Shown: positions 8,933-18,867 of the stretch, one piece after another
Layout of the letters: the number at the start of each line of letters is the position of its first letter
Numbering within the stretch: position 1 is the stretch's first letter
Origin: Candidatus Omnitrophota bacterium
Lineage (GTDB): Bacteria > Omnitrophota > Omnitrophia > Omnitrophales > Aquincolibacteriaceae
Length of the DNA: 64,000 nt
Direction: 5' to 3'
Assembly (NCBI GenBank): GCA_043732705.1
Contig: JAYTHE010000002.1
Location: 191,608 to 255,607 of the forward strand
The notes under the pieces: model-generated
What the model saw: the letters and a program-made list of their open reading frames with translations, nothing else
Databases searched by the model: none
Told to the model about the DNA's origin: nothing
Translations under genes and position numbers: made by a program

Positions 8933-9382
8933 TTAATTCACCTGAACTTCAATTTTTTTTGTCTTTTCCTTGGCCGTTTTGGGAAGCGACACTTCCAAGA
9001 CGCCATTCTTATAGCTGGCTTTGACTTTTTCGGCATCAATTTCAGCCGACAAGGCAAAGGCTCGCGCGAAACTTCCGTAGCGGCGTTCGGAATAGTGATA
9101 ACCTTTCTTTTCTTCGTTGGTTTCCTCTTTGCGTTCACCGCGCAAGATGAAGCGATTACCTTCGACGGTAATATCGAAGTCTTCACGTTTCATCCCGGGT
9201 AGATCCGCATGGACAACATACTCTTGGTCTTTTTCCGTAACTTCCACTTGTGGGGTAAGCCCGGAATCCCAATTTTTTGAGGTGAGCGGTGCTGCCGCAA
9301 AGAAACGGTCTAGGTCCGTTTGGAAATCCTTTAAAACTTCAAAAGGGTCAAAGGTGTCTTTTCTGCGTTGAATAATATTCAT
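8933..9382 (-). CDS. Hsp20/alpha-crystallin small heat shock protein
   Basis: ADLPG, ERRYGSFARAFAL, YKNGVLEVSLPK; strong SD. Confidence 0.95.
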   Translation of the reverse strand: MNIIQRRKDTFDPFEVLKDFQTDLDRFFAAAPLTSKNWDSGLTPQVEVTEKDQEYVVHADLPGMKREDFDITVEGNRFILRGERKEETNEEKKGYHYSERRYGSFARAFALSAEIDAEKVKASYKNGVLEVSLPKTAKEKTKKIEVQVN

Positions 9383-9423
9383 AGTTTCCTCCCTTTAATT
9401 TAGAATAGCTCTGAACAAAGAGA

Positions 9424-9440
9424 TTCAATTCGCGTGCCAA
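9424..9440 (-). promoter_or_regulatory. Sigma54-like -24/-12 promoter of the hsp20 operon
   Basis: Minus strand TTGGCAC-GCGAA-TTGA versus consensus TGGCAC-N5-TTGC; TG..CACA sites at 9480-9496 and 9500-9516 could be enhancer sites. Confidence 0.6.
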
Positions 9441-9550
9441 TTTCCCTGAGAGGGGAAAGAGGCCGGCGTGTTTTTGGAGTGTAAAAAAATGTCACAGAAT
9501 GATTCAATTTTTCACACGATAATGACTATTTAGCAAAGCGATCAATTAAT

Positions 9551-10120
9551 ATGGAAAAGACAGAAAGGCTTTTTTTAGGGCTGCATCTTGACGCGCTTTT
9601 TCAGAAGCAAGTCGCTGATTTTTCAAAAAAACTGCATGTTCTTTACCCTGACCAAAAGTGGGTCAAGCTTCGCCACTTTCATTTTACGATTCATTTTTTG
9701 GGTGATACGACTGAGGAACAAAAGGAAAAAATTAGAGTTATCGCGAAGGGAGTGGCGGCAGACACAAAGTCTTTTCCCATCGCGCTTGAGGGTATGGGCG
9801 CTTTTCCGAGTTTGATAAAGCCCCGCGTCATTTGGATTGGCGCCGCAGAGGAGTGTAAGAAAAGTCTCTTTGATCTTTATACGCATGTGACACTGCCGCT
9901 TATTGCGAAAGGTTTTCCCGTAGAGCATGAAACATTTACGCCGCATGCCACGCTTTTCCGCGTTCGAGCCGAAAAACCGATTGTCTGGGATACAAACATT
10001 TTCAGTTTTACTAAGACGGAGCCGCGCTTAATTAGCGGGCTCAGTCTTTTTAAGAGTATTCTCGGCACCGATGGTTCGGAATATCAGCCTATAGAAGCGT
10101 TCCCATTTAGAGCGACGTAA
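9551..10120 (+). CDS. thpR: RNA 2',3'-cyclic phosphodiesterase (2H family)
   Basis: Two HxT motifs (HFTI, HATL); PRVIW. Confidence 0.9.
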   Translation: MEKTERLFLGLHLDALFQKQVADFSKKLHVLYPDQKWVKLRHFHFTIHFLGDTTEEQKEKIRVIAKGVAADTKSFPIALEGMGAFPSLIKPRVIWIGAAEECKKSLFDLYTHVTLPLIAKGFPVEHETFTPHATLFRVRAEKPIVWDTNIFSFTKTEPRLISGLSLFKSILGTDGSEYQPIEAFPFRAT

Positions 10121-10126
10121 AGTTTT

Positions 10127-10164
10127 CTACCCCCGAGGTTGATGAAGGTCAGCCTTGGGGGTGG
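10127..10164. repeat. GC-rich hairpin after thpR (REP-like or terminator)
   Basis: CTACCCCCGAGGTTGAT-GAAG-GTCAGCCTTGGGGGTGG; no U-tail. Confidence 0.55.
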
Positions 10165-10312
10165 GCATAGCGGTTCTTTGAATGCTATAATTTAAATGAA
10201 GCCGCAAGTTGCTAAGCAAAGCAACTTGCATGGCTGAATTTACACCGGGCGGCGTTTCGCCAAGAAGTCCCGGTGCTTAGATGTAAACTGCGAAGCGGTT
10301 TTCCGAGGTGAT

Positions 10313-10585
10313 ATGAGCGAACACGATCCTTTTAATGGCGAAGAAATTAAGTTTCCGGTGGTGTGTCATTTTAAAATCATTGCCGATAATATGCCGGGCG
10401 TGCGCGTCATGCTTGAAAAGAAACTCCAGGACTTAGGCGTGATTAATCCGCTTTCCGAAGGAACCCATTCTTCGGGTAATAAATACGTGACCTACAATAT
10501 TGAAGTCAAAGTCGCGAGTAAAGAATATATGCATCAGCTTGACACAGCAATTCGATCCACTAAGCATGTTCGAATGGTGCTTTAA
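10313..10585 (+). CDS. DUF493/YbeD-like ACT-fold protein
   Basis: FP...FKII, SSGNKYVTY, VRMVL C-terminus. Confidence 0.85.
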   Translation: MSEHDPFNGEEIKFPVVCHFKIIADNMPGVRVMLEKKLQDLGVINPLSEGTHSSGNKYVTYNIEVKVASKEYMHQLDTAIRSTKHVRMVL

Positions 10586-10599
10586 AGGTGTTTTAAAAT

Positions 10600-11425
10600 A
10601 TGGCCCTGTCATTTTTGAAGGAGTTTTCACGCTCGATATTAGGGGCTTTTTCCCCAAAGCCTTTATTTTATTGGGTTCCACATAAGGCTTCTTATGGAAT
10701 AGAACGTAATTTTGGCGATGAGATTTTTTTTCTAATCGTGAATAAAATTCTAGGCAAAAATATTCGAGTTGTAGATATGAACTATTTTGGGCCTAAATTT
10801 ATTGCAGGGGGGGTCTTTATTGCATGAGGCAAAGGGTTTTGACACTCTTTGGGGATGTGGTATTTTAAGAGCAGACAATTTCGGAAGGGAATTATCGCCT
10901 AATCTTGATATTCGGGCAGTCAGGGGCCCTATAACGAAAGATTATTTGTTAAAAAAAGGATTAAAATGTCCTGATATTTTTGGGGATCCAGCTATTTTAT
11001 TGCCGGGTTTATTCCCAGAATTTAAAAAAATGCCTCAAAAAGGAATCGTTGGGTTGGTGCCCCACTTTCGCAATCGCTTTCGATATGAGGGCCTGCCTTC
11101 TTATATCCGCATTATTGACCCGGCGCGGTCAGCCAAAACAGTAATTCAGGAAATATTACAATGTGAGTTTGTAATTTCTGGTTCCTTGCACGGAATTATT
11201 GTGGCCGAAGCTTTCGATATTCCAGCGCGTTGGTTTCCTGATACAGGGGAAGAGCCTGATTTAAAGTACTATGATTATTATGCGAGTACAAATCGTTCTC
11301 CTCAGCCGGCGGGGTCTCTAAAAGAAGCAGAAAAACTAGGGGGGGAATCTAAATTCTGTGTGGATGCTAAAAAGCTTTTAGATGCATTTCCTCATGATAT
11401 TCGTTTTGATTTCCTAAAAAAATAA
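10600..11425 (+). pseudogene. Polysaccharide pyruvyl transferase (ExoV-like), frameshifted at a G7 tract
   Basis: ORF1 has NFGD; ORF2 has AVRGP, GDPA, VPHF, SLHGIIVAEAFDIP; removing one G at 10807-10813 joins them as IAGGSLLHE. Confidence 0.8.
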
Positions 11426-11441
11426 CCTCGCTTTTAAGAGC

Positions 11442-12668
11442 TTACTTTAAATTTCGAATGCGATTGATGGCCTCAATAACGTTTTCACGGAAGCCAAAAG
11501 AGCTGAGGCGGAAATAGCCTTCACCACTTGGTCCAAATCCCGCGCCCGGGGTTCCAACAACATTGATTTTGTTGAGCAGTAAATCAAAGAAATCCCATGA
11601 ACCCATGCCGTTGGGTGTTTTGAGCCAAACATAAGGGGCATGAATTCCGCCAAAAGCCTTAATGCCGGCAGCTTTGAGACCTTCCCGGATGAGTTTTGCA
11701 TTTTCCATGTAATAAGCAATGACATCCACGACTTCTTTTTTGCCTTGGGGGCTATAAACTGCTTCCGCTCCGCGTTGAATCGGATAAGAAACACCGTTAA
11801 ACTTTGTGGATTGTCGCCTATTCCAAAGTGAGTGCAAAGAAACTTTTTCGCCTTTTTCATTTTTCGCCATCAAATCTTTAGGAATAACTGTGAACGCACA
11901 GCGTGTTCCTGTAAACCCGGCTGTTTTTGAAAAACTGCGAAACTCAATTGCAACATCACGGGCGCCCGCAATTTCAAAAATAGAATGAGGCAGAGAAGCG
12001 TCAGCTATAAAAGCTTCATAAGCCGCATCAAAAAGAATAATCGCATCATTTTTTTTCGCGAAGGCGACCCAGCCTTCCAAATCTTTTTTATCAAGCACCG
12101 TACCTGTGGGATTGGCAGGAGAACATAGGTAAATTAAATCGACGCGTTCTTTTGGAAACGCAGGTTTGAAATTATTTTCTGCTGTGGCCGGCATATAAAC
12201 AAAATTTTCATAGCGCCCATCTTTGTAGTTTCCGGATCGGCCTGCCATGACATTAGTATCCACATAAACAGGATAAACCGGATCCACTACCGCGATTTTA
12301 GAATCAAGGCTAAATATTTCCTGAATATTGCCACAGTCGCATTTGGATCCGTCAGAGACAAAAACTTCGCCCGCTTCAATTTTTGCGCCACGGCTTTGGA
12401 AGTCATTTTTTGCGATAGCTTCACGCAAAAAATCATAGCCTTGCTCCGGGCCATAACCGCGGAATGTTTTGGCATCGCCTAATTCATCAGTCGCTTTTTT
12501 GATCGCATCACGAACTGATGCAGGTAAGGGAAGCACAACATCGCCAATTCCAAGACGAATAATTTTTGCAGTTGGATTTTTTGTTGAAAACTCTTTAACC
12601 CGTCGGCCGATTTCCGGAAAAAGATAACCCGCCTGCAATTTCTGAAAATTTGAATTGATTTTTGCCAC
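11442..12668 (-). CDS. dapL: LL-diaminopimelate aminotransferase
   Basis: [47 protein letters not shown]. Confidence 0.97.
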   Translation of the reverse strand: MAKINSNFQKLQAGYLFPEIGRRVKEFSTKNPTAKIIRLGIGDVVLPLPASVRDAIKKATDELGDAKTFRGYGPEQGYDFLREAIAKNDFQSRGAKIEAGEVFVSDGSKCDCGNIQEIFSLDSKIAVVDPVYPVYVDTNVMAGRSGNYKDGRYENFVYMPATAENNFKPAFPKERVDLIYLCSPANPTGTVLDKKDLEGWVAFAKKNDAIILFDAAYEAFIADASLPHSIFEIAGARDVAIEFRSFSKTAGFTGTRCAFTVIPKDLMAKNEKGEKVSLHSLWNRRQSTKFNGVSYPIQRGAEAVYSPQGKKEVVDVIAYYMENAKLIREGLKAAGIKAFGGIHAPYVWLKTPNGMGSWDFFDLLLNKINVVGTPGAGFGPSGEGYFRLSSFGFRENVIEAINRIRNLK

Positions 12669-12837
12669 AATAAAATCCCCTGTAAACTTTAAAATAATGC
12701 CGATATAAAAGAAGATGGATTATAGCTAAAGGCTTGGGTCTAACCAGCTTATTTTAAATGACTTGAAGCATTTAATTAAAAAAGATTGATATAGAAAGCT
12801 ATATATGTCAAAATATAACTAATTATAGTAATTAATA

Positions 12838-14682
12838 GTGATAAATATGCAGAACACACCTCGATTTCTACAAAATCTTAAAAGGCTTAGGCAATTCTTT
12901 AAAGAATTGAATCTTGAGCCGGTTCATTTATTTTTACCGTCGCTGCTTGCTTTGGCAGCATCTATTTTTGAAGGGATTACCTTTTCTTTACTGGTGCCGA
13001 CAATTCGCGGTTTGATGGAGGCAAATTTTAGCTTTGTTGATTCCATCAAAGTGATAGGTTCCTTTACGCGCTTTTTTCCTGAAATTTTTTATAATCGTAA
13101 CTCCGCGATTTTTGCATTTTTGATCTCATTAATAGTTTTAAGCGCTATTTCAAAAAATATATTTGCGTATGTTTCTTCAGTACTTGTTTCCAATCAAGTT
13201 CGGCGCCTAAGCCATGAAATTCGCCGAATCATTTTTAATTCATATATGGATTTCAACAAAGCTTTCTTTGATAGTAATAGTACGGGACATCTGCAAAATA
13301 TTTTAATTGGCTATACTGAACAAATCGCAAATCAGTTTAGATCATTGCACGCCGCTCTTTTTGGGATTTTTAGTTTAATTGTTTATTTAGTCGTTATGGC
13401 GACGATGTCCTGGAAAGTAACGCTTTTTGCGCTTGTCGTTTTCCCAATTATGTTTTTTTCATTTCAAAAGCTCATTGTGACAATTCGACAAGAATCAAAA
13501 AAATTCTCCGAAGCATTTTCCTTGCTTGGAAAAAAAATCTCAAATGCGCTTTCATGTGTGCTTCTGGTCAAAGCATCATGTTCAGAAGATCGCGAAAAGA
13601 AATGGTTTGCGCATATCAGCGAGGAGGTTCGCAGGGCCCAGCTAAAAATAGACCATCGAACTCTTTTGATTGCGCCCGTACAAGAAGTGTTTCTGTTAAT
13701 TATGCTGATTGTCCTGGTTGGCTTTATGGCCTATTTAATTGTTCACGAAAAAGAGGGGCGATTGTCATCGTACCTTGTCTTTTTTGTGATTTTGCGCCGC
13801 GCTATGTCAAGCATGGGAAGTATCACGGCGATTCAAGGATCGATCGCATCGGTTATGGGGCCTTTGAAGGAAGTTATGACCGTGGTTGAGACTCGTAATC
13901 AGCACCAGGAGAAAACAGGTGTTTTGCCCTTGCTTAGCTTTAAAAATAAAATCGAATTTAAGAATCTAACATTTTCCTATCTTGACCGTGAAGTCCTTCA
14001 GAAAATAAGTTTTGAAATACAAAAGGGACAAATGGTTGCCATCATCGGCAGAACAGGCTCGGGCAAGTCGACTTTGGCGCAGCTTCTCATGCGTTTTTAT
14101 GATTCTCCACGAGGCGCCATTTTGATTGATGGGCAAGATATAGGAGATTTTCAAACCTCCGCGCTTCGTAGGAAAATTGCTTATATTTCTCAGGAAAGTT
14201 ATTTTTTTGACACAAGCATTGAAATCAATCTTAAGTACGGTTGCTTACACGAGCTATCTGAAGCCGAAGTTGATTCTGCTTTGGAAAAGGCACAGCTAAA
14301 AGACTTGATCGCAAAGCTACCGCATGGGATTAAAACAAAAATTGGAGAAAGAGGCGTTCAGCTTTCCGGAGGTGAAAAACAGCGCTTGTCTTTGGCGCGC
14401 GCCATATTAAAAAACCCGGAAATTTTAATTTTAGACGAAGCAACCAGTGCCATGGATTCACAAACTGAAAAATTAGTTCAAGCATCCATTGCGGAGGCTG
14501 CGAAAGGGCGCACATCCATTGTCATTGCGCATCGGCTTACCACGATTCAAAAAGCTGATGTGATTTTAGTTTTGGAGCATGGACGACTTGTTGAGAGAGG
14601 TTCTTTTGCCGAACTTATGAAAGCAAACAGCAGTTATTTTAAAGTTTTTTGGAATTCTCAAAGTACAGATGAAACAAATTAG
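12838..14682 (+). CDS. ABC exporter, fused permease/ATPase (MsbA/HepA-like, glycan-locus associated)
   Basis: N-terminal TM helices; GRTGSGKS, LSGGEKQR, ILDEATS, IAHRL. Confidence 0.9.
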   Translation: MINMQNTPRFLQNLKRLRQFFKELNLEPVHLFLPSLLALAASIFEGITFSLLVPTIRGLMEANFSFVDSIKVIGSFTRFFPEIFYNRNSAIFAFLISLIVLSAISKNIFAYVSSVLVSNQVRRLSHEIRRIIFNSYMDFNKAFFDSNSTGHLQNILIGYTEQIANQFRSLHAALFGIFSLIVYLVVMATMSWKVTLFALVVFPIMFFSFQKLIVTIRQESKKFSEAFSLLGKKISNALSCVLLVKASCSEDREKKWFAHISEEVRRAQLKIDHRTLLIAPVQEVFLLIMLIVLVGFMAYLIVHEKEGRLSSYLVFFVILRRAMSSMGSITAIQGSIASVMGPLKEVMTVVETRNQHQEKTGVLPLLSFKNKIEFKNLTFSYLDREVLQKISFEIQKGQMVAIIGRTGSGKSTLAQLLMRFYDSPRGAILIDGQDIGDFQTSALRRKIAYISQESYFFDTSIEINLKYGCLHELSEAEVDSALEKAQLKDLIAKLPHGIKTKIGERGVQLSGGEKQRLSLARAILKNPEILILDEATSAMDSQTEKLVQASIAEAAKGRTSIVIAHRLTTIQKADVILVLEHGRLVERGSFAELMKANSSYFKVFWNSQSTDETN

Positions 14683-15154
14683 ATGAAAAAGGCTTCCCAT
14701 ATAAACTGCGTTTGCTCGACTATTCCGCCGCACATGTTGAAGCATATCGCCCGCAAGGGAAGTGATGTTCAAAAAAACCGGGCTTTGCAAACTTTGGCTG
14801 CAACCGAACAAATGCGCGGCCGGCGGAATGTTTTACAGAAAACATCTTTTTTGTCGCCGGGGTCACATACCAGTAAGAATCGGCTTGTTTATGATGCCCG
14901 TGATCATGAAACTCTTCCCGGGGTGTTAATCAGGAACGAATCGGATGTTTACGATTTTTATCAAAAGGTTTATGGGCGCAATTCTCTGGATAATCAGGGG
15001 CTTACTTTGCGCTCAAGCGTTCATTATAGCCGCGATTATGACAATGCTTTTTGGGAATGGCTCGGAAATGGTCTACGGTGACGGTGACGGTGATGGCGAT
15101 TTGTTTGGGCCTTTTACGGAATGTCTCGATGTCATCGGACATGAGCTAATATGA
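14683..15154 (+). pseudogene. Degraded M4 (protealysin-like) metalloprotease
   Basis: Propeptide CSTIPPHML; SVHY...YDNAFW; +1 frameshift near 15055; MVYGDGDG...LDVIGHEL then a stop inside the HExxH motif. Confidence 0.85.
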
Positions 15155-15164
15155 GCCCATCTAT

Positions 15165-15602
15165 GTGTTGAGTTCAAATGATGCATCGAAGACCATTACA
15201 TTTAAAAGAATAAAATTGCCCGAAAAAGAGAGATTAAGGGGCTTTTCAAATAAAACATTTACAATGAAAGAATCCGACCTGTTAAAAAAAATTCGTGTTC
15301 CTTCTCAAAATCTGTCCGCTGTTTTTGAAGGGTTGGCATTAGTCAAAATGTTTGATTATTCGCTTAAGTTTGGTGAAATTAAAATCGACGTTTCCGCACG
15401 AGACCAATTTTTAAAAAAGCTTCCGGTAGTTCGCCGAGTTAAGGCCGGTAAGTATCATATTTTGATTACTTATGATCCCGATGTTATATATGGGGGCAGT
15501 CCAAGATCTATTCTTTTAGAGAACTTTGATGGACATACAGGGTTAAGCCTGACGCTTCCGGCCGATGATCAAACGAGAATTTATGTTGTTCAAGAAGATT
15601 AA
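15165..15602 (+). CDS. Hypothetical protein (possibly a fragment)
   Basis: 145-codon ORF, GTG start, no recognisable motif. Confidence 0.4.
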   Translation: MLSSNDASKTITFKRIKLPEKERLRGFSNKTFTMKESDLLKKIRVPSQNLSAVFEGLALVKMFDYSLKFGEIKIDVSARDQFLKKLPVVRRVKAGKYHILITYDPDVIYGGSPRSILLENFDGHTGLSLTLPADDQTRIYVVQED

Positions 15603-15668
15603 ATCTCTTGGTGGTGGTTTATGGTTTACCCCTAAAAGGACGATAAAGTAGCATGTGCCTAAATCAAC

Positions 15669-15797
15669 TTGTCATGCCGAAGCCTCGGCGAAGACAGATC
15701 AAATTGTCGCGCCGAAGCTTTGCGATGGCGGATGTATCGCGCCGAAACTTGAGTGTAGGTGGATGGCCTAACACTTGCCCTGAGCAGCGTCGAAGGG
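15669..15797. repeat. Cluster of degenerate REP-like repeats
   Basis: Three ~30-bp units TC(A/G)(T/C)GCCGAA...(A/G)GAT followed by CTTGCCCTGAGCAGCGTCGAAGGG. Confidence 0.6.
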
Positions 15798-15855
15798 GTG
15801 TCCCGTTTCCGAAGTTTGAAGATAGTAGAAGCAGGCTTCTGATGGAGGAAGAGTT

Positions 15856-16869
15856 GTGAACCATATTCAAATAATAGAAGAGCTTCAGCAAAAGATAGAA
15901 ACTGTATTAAACCCTATTCTGCCACCAAATACAAAATTGGCACTTTTGGACTTCCCTAGCTATCCAAATGTGGGTGATAGCGCGATTTGGGTGGGGGAAA
16001 TGGAATATTTTAAAAAAAGAAAATTGAAAATCGCTTATTCCTGTACTGTTGAGGCCTATTCAAAGGAAAGACTATTAAAGAAAATAGGTGAGAGGGGCAT
16101 TATTTTAATTAGCGGCGGCGGAAACTTTGGCGATTTGTGGGAGAGACACCAGCTGTTTAGAGAAAAAGTAATATGTGATTTTCCTAACCATCGCATTGTT
16201 CAGTTGTCCCAAAGTATTCACTTTAAAGATAAGCAAAAATTAGAAAGAGCTAAAAGCATAATTAATGAACATTTTGACTTTTACCTGTTAGTTAGAGACA
16301 AGGAGAGCTATAAGCTCGCGCGAGAAACATTTAGTGCCAAATTGGTCTTATGTCCGGATATGGCTTTTATGTTGGGAAGCCTTACTAGCTTTCGAAGAAA
16401 AGCTAAAAAAAATGTGTTTGCATTAATTAGAACAGACAAAGAAAGCATTAATAAAATAAATCAATCTTCTTTTTCTGCTTTGTGCGATTTTGATCCACAA
16501 CTAGCTATTGTTATTCAGGATTGGGACACAGGCAATAACACTTTAAATAGAATTCAAACGGCGCTTTGTTCTGGATTTGACTCTAGATTTGAAATGCCGA
16601 CTTTTCTAAAGAACGAAATTGCAAGGCTGAGACTACTGAAAGGAATAAATCAATTAAGTCAAGGGGATGCTATTCTGACAGATCGTTTGCATGGCTACAT
16701 ACTAAGTCTGCTGCTGAATATTCCGCATATTTTCCTAGACAATAGTTATGGGAAACTTAGTGCGTTCTACGATACATGGCTCAAAGAATCAGAACTTACA
16801 TTTTTTGAAAAAAACTTTGAAAAAGCTCTCGATAAGATTAGACGTGGGGTGCTTAAAAGTCCGCTGTAG
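15856..16869 (+). CDS. Polysaccharide pyruvyl transferase (EpsI/EpsO-like)
   Basis: NVGDSAIW, GGGNFGDLW, VRDKES, PDMAF, TDRLHG, DNSYGK. Confidence 0.9.
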   Translation: MNHIQIIEELQQKIETVLNPILPPNTKLALLDFPSYPNVGDSAIWVGEMEYFKKRKLKIAYSCTVEAYSKERLLKKIGERGIILISGGGNFGDLWERHQLFREKVICDFPNHRIVQLSQSIHFKDKQKLERAKSIINEHFDFYLLVRDKESYKLARETFSAKLVLCPDMAFMLGSLTSFRRKAKKNVFALIRTDKESINKINQSSFSALCDFDPQLAIVIQDWDTGNNTLNRIQTALCSGFDSRFEMPTFLKNEIARLRLLKGINQLSQGDAILTDRLHGYILSLLLNIPHIFLDNSYGKLSAFYDTWLKESELTFFEKNFEKALDKIRRGVLKSPL

Positions 16870-16991
16870 CACAGGGCTAGGCTTTAATGTCAATTCGTAT
16901 GAACTTGGGGGCCATTTAACTTGGGTAATTTATAAAAAAAAAGTATAAAAAAATAATTTGCATTATTACTCACAAAGGAAGTGCCGATCGA

Positions 16992-17726
16992 TTGCAGGTA
17001 ATCAAAGATACCTGGCTGTCGAGGCCATTGCCATCAGACCACCTTGTTCTTTTTGTTTATGGCAATGATGGTGGCGTTGTGCCACGACTAGAAGGACAAA
17101 ACCTTTATCTTGAAGCGAAAGAAAGTTGGGCCAATTTACCAAATAAAATTTATGATCTTTATAAATTTTGTGTGAATAGCTATGATTTTGAGCACCTTTT
17201 TAAAATCGATGACGACGTTTATGTTGCATCACAATCTTTAGTCCGGTATCCTAAAAATCAGATTGATTACGGAGGACGTTTTTTTAATGACCCAGACTTC
17301 AGATCGAATCCAATTGCTTATGAGAAACATCGAAAGCATCGGGCAAAACGGGGGCTGCCAGTTTATGAAGGAAAGATTCCTGCTGAGTATGCCTACGGAC
17401 AATGCTATTTATTAAGCTATCACCTTGCGAAACAAATAGTGAGCCTTTCAAGAGAAGGGCTTGAAGATTGCTTTTTGAATGGTGGGTTGGAAGACGTTAT
17501 GGTCGGAAAAGTCGTTGAGCAATTGAGGGTGAGTGGTCTTCACGTAGAGGTAGATAATTGGAGATCGAGCATTTGGAAGCGCTACTTTATAGCACCCTTT
17601 TGCGAAGCTGATTTATCAAAAGAACAAATTCTGGCACGTCATAAAATTTCACCATTTAGGTTTATTATTTCTATTTGGAATGTTTCACGCAATGTTCTAA
17701 GGCGGTTTTTAACTTATTTAAAATAG
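16992..17726 (+). CDS. GT-A fold glycosyltransferase (GT31/galactosyltransferase-like)
   Basis: DTW, FKIDDDVYV, YAYGQCYLLS, EDVMVG; the frame is open upstream to 16929 without an ATG. Confidence 0.7.
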   Translation: MQVIKDTWLSRPLPSDHLVLFVYGNDGGVVPRLEGQNLYLEAKESWANLPNKIYDLYKFCVNSYDFEHLFKIDDDVYVASQSLVRYPKNQIDYGGRFFNDPDFRSNPIAYEKHRKHRAKRGLPVYEGKIPAEYAYGQCYLLSYHLAKQIVSLSREGLEDCFLNGGLEDVMVGKVVEQLRVSGLHVEVDNWRSSIWKRYFIAPFCEADLSKEQILARHKISPFRFIISIWNVSRNVLRRFLTYLK

Positions 17727-17728
17727 CC

Positions 17729-17870
17729 ATGAGTGATCCGTATTTCCATAATTACCCCTTGTCACAACGGAGAAAAATGAATCATAGAATATGTTAAAAG
17801 TTATTTGCTGCAGATATGTGGAGAGTTGGAGGTATTGATGATTGGAACTCCAATCCGATGAGATGCCATT
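17729..17870 (+). pseudogene. Remnant of a GT2 glycosyltransferase N-terminus
   Basis: MSDP, frameshift, ISIITPCHNGEK*IIEYVKSYLLQ...ELEV, frameshift, IDD; matches the SIIxPxxN...S.L.Q...E..DD pattern; 3' limit approximate. Confidence 0.65.
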
Positions 17871-18068
17871 TTGTGAAATTATTTTGGGTGCCAATGCTAT
17901 TTTAGAAAAGCATAAGTGGCAAAAACTTAGAGTTTCGTCTTCTATGATCAGGACTGTAAAGACGAACTTGAAAAAATATTTTCGCGTAATCTGAGCTTTA
18001 TCTGATGAATGTAGGTAGATCGTTAATGCTTTTGTCGTTTCGTAGAACAAGCTTTAGTCGAGGATTAT

Positions 18069-18839
18069 ATGAAAGTAATAGAGGGGATACTGAAAATTAG
18101 AAATTTGTTTAAAAGGCTAGTACGCCGCTTTTTTGTCTGGTGTTTTATTGGGTTTGAGCTTTTTCCTGAAAAAAGCATGGGATTACAAATAAGTAATGAG
18201 CCCAATACAATTCCAAAAATATTTGTGATTAATCTGCCTAGGTCTGTAAAACGGCGTGCATTTATGGAAGAACAGCTTGGAAAGTTGTCGTTGCCGTATG
18301 AGTGGGTGGAAGGAGTAGATGGCTATTCTTTAGATCAAAAGACTTTGGATAGTTATTGTTCTTGGGTTACACCTTTGTGTGCTGGTAGAAAGTTGAAGCC
18401 CGGGGAAATTGGTGCTGCTCTAGCTCATTATAAAATTTGGAAAAAGATAAAAGATGAAAATATGCCATGCGCTCTAATTTTTGAAGATGACGCAGTGGTT
18501 GGCGAAGACTTTAAGAAGATTATTCTAAAATGGAAAACCTATCCAAAAAATACAGGCATCTTGAACTTTAGAACAGAGGCAAAAAAAAGATCCGGGGGGC
18601 CCTTAATTCATAAAGATTATAGAATATGTAGGTTTGAAAGCGATAAATTTATGAATGGACTGGTCGCTTATTTTATTACAAATGATACCGCGAAAAAACT
18701 TTTAAAGAAGGCGCATCCTATGAGAACCAGTTGTGACGGGTTGACTTCTGAAATTAAAGGGGTTGTTAAGTATGGTATTGTCCCTGAGCCGGTTCATCTC
18801 GCTAATTTTTCTTCCGATATATGGAATAGCACCTCGTAA
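18069..18839 (+). CDS. Glycosyltransferase family 25
   Basis: FVINLPRSVKRR, GVDG, GEIGAALAH, IFEDDA, AYFIT..AKKLL. Confidence 0.9.
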   Translation: MKVIEGILKIRNLFKRLVRRFFVWCFIGFELFPEKSMGLQISNEPNTIPKIFVINLPRSVKRRAFMEEQLGKLSLPYEWVEGVDGYSLDQKTLDSYCSWVTPLCAGRKLKPGEIGAALAHYKIWKKIKDENMPCALIFEDDAVVGEDFKKIILKWKTYPKNTGILNFRTEAKKRSGGPLIHKDYRICRFESDKFMNGLVAYFITNDTAKKLLKKAHPMRTSCDGLTSEIKGVVKYGIVPEPVHLANFSSDIWNSTS

Positions 18840-18867
18840 AAAGACATATTTATAAACTTTCTGAATT

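Noticed and set aside
15669-15797. Possible mini-CRISPR array, and ORFs 15653-15859 and 15664-15891
   Set aside because: Units are degenerate and nearly abutting with no unique spacers or cas genes; the ORFs are translations of REP-like repeats
17718-18050. 110-aa minus-strand ORF
   Set aside because: Antisense to a GT2 remnant inside a + strand operon; no motif
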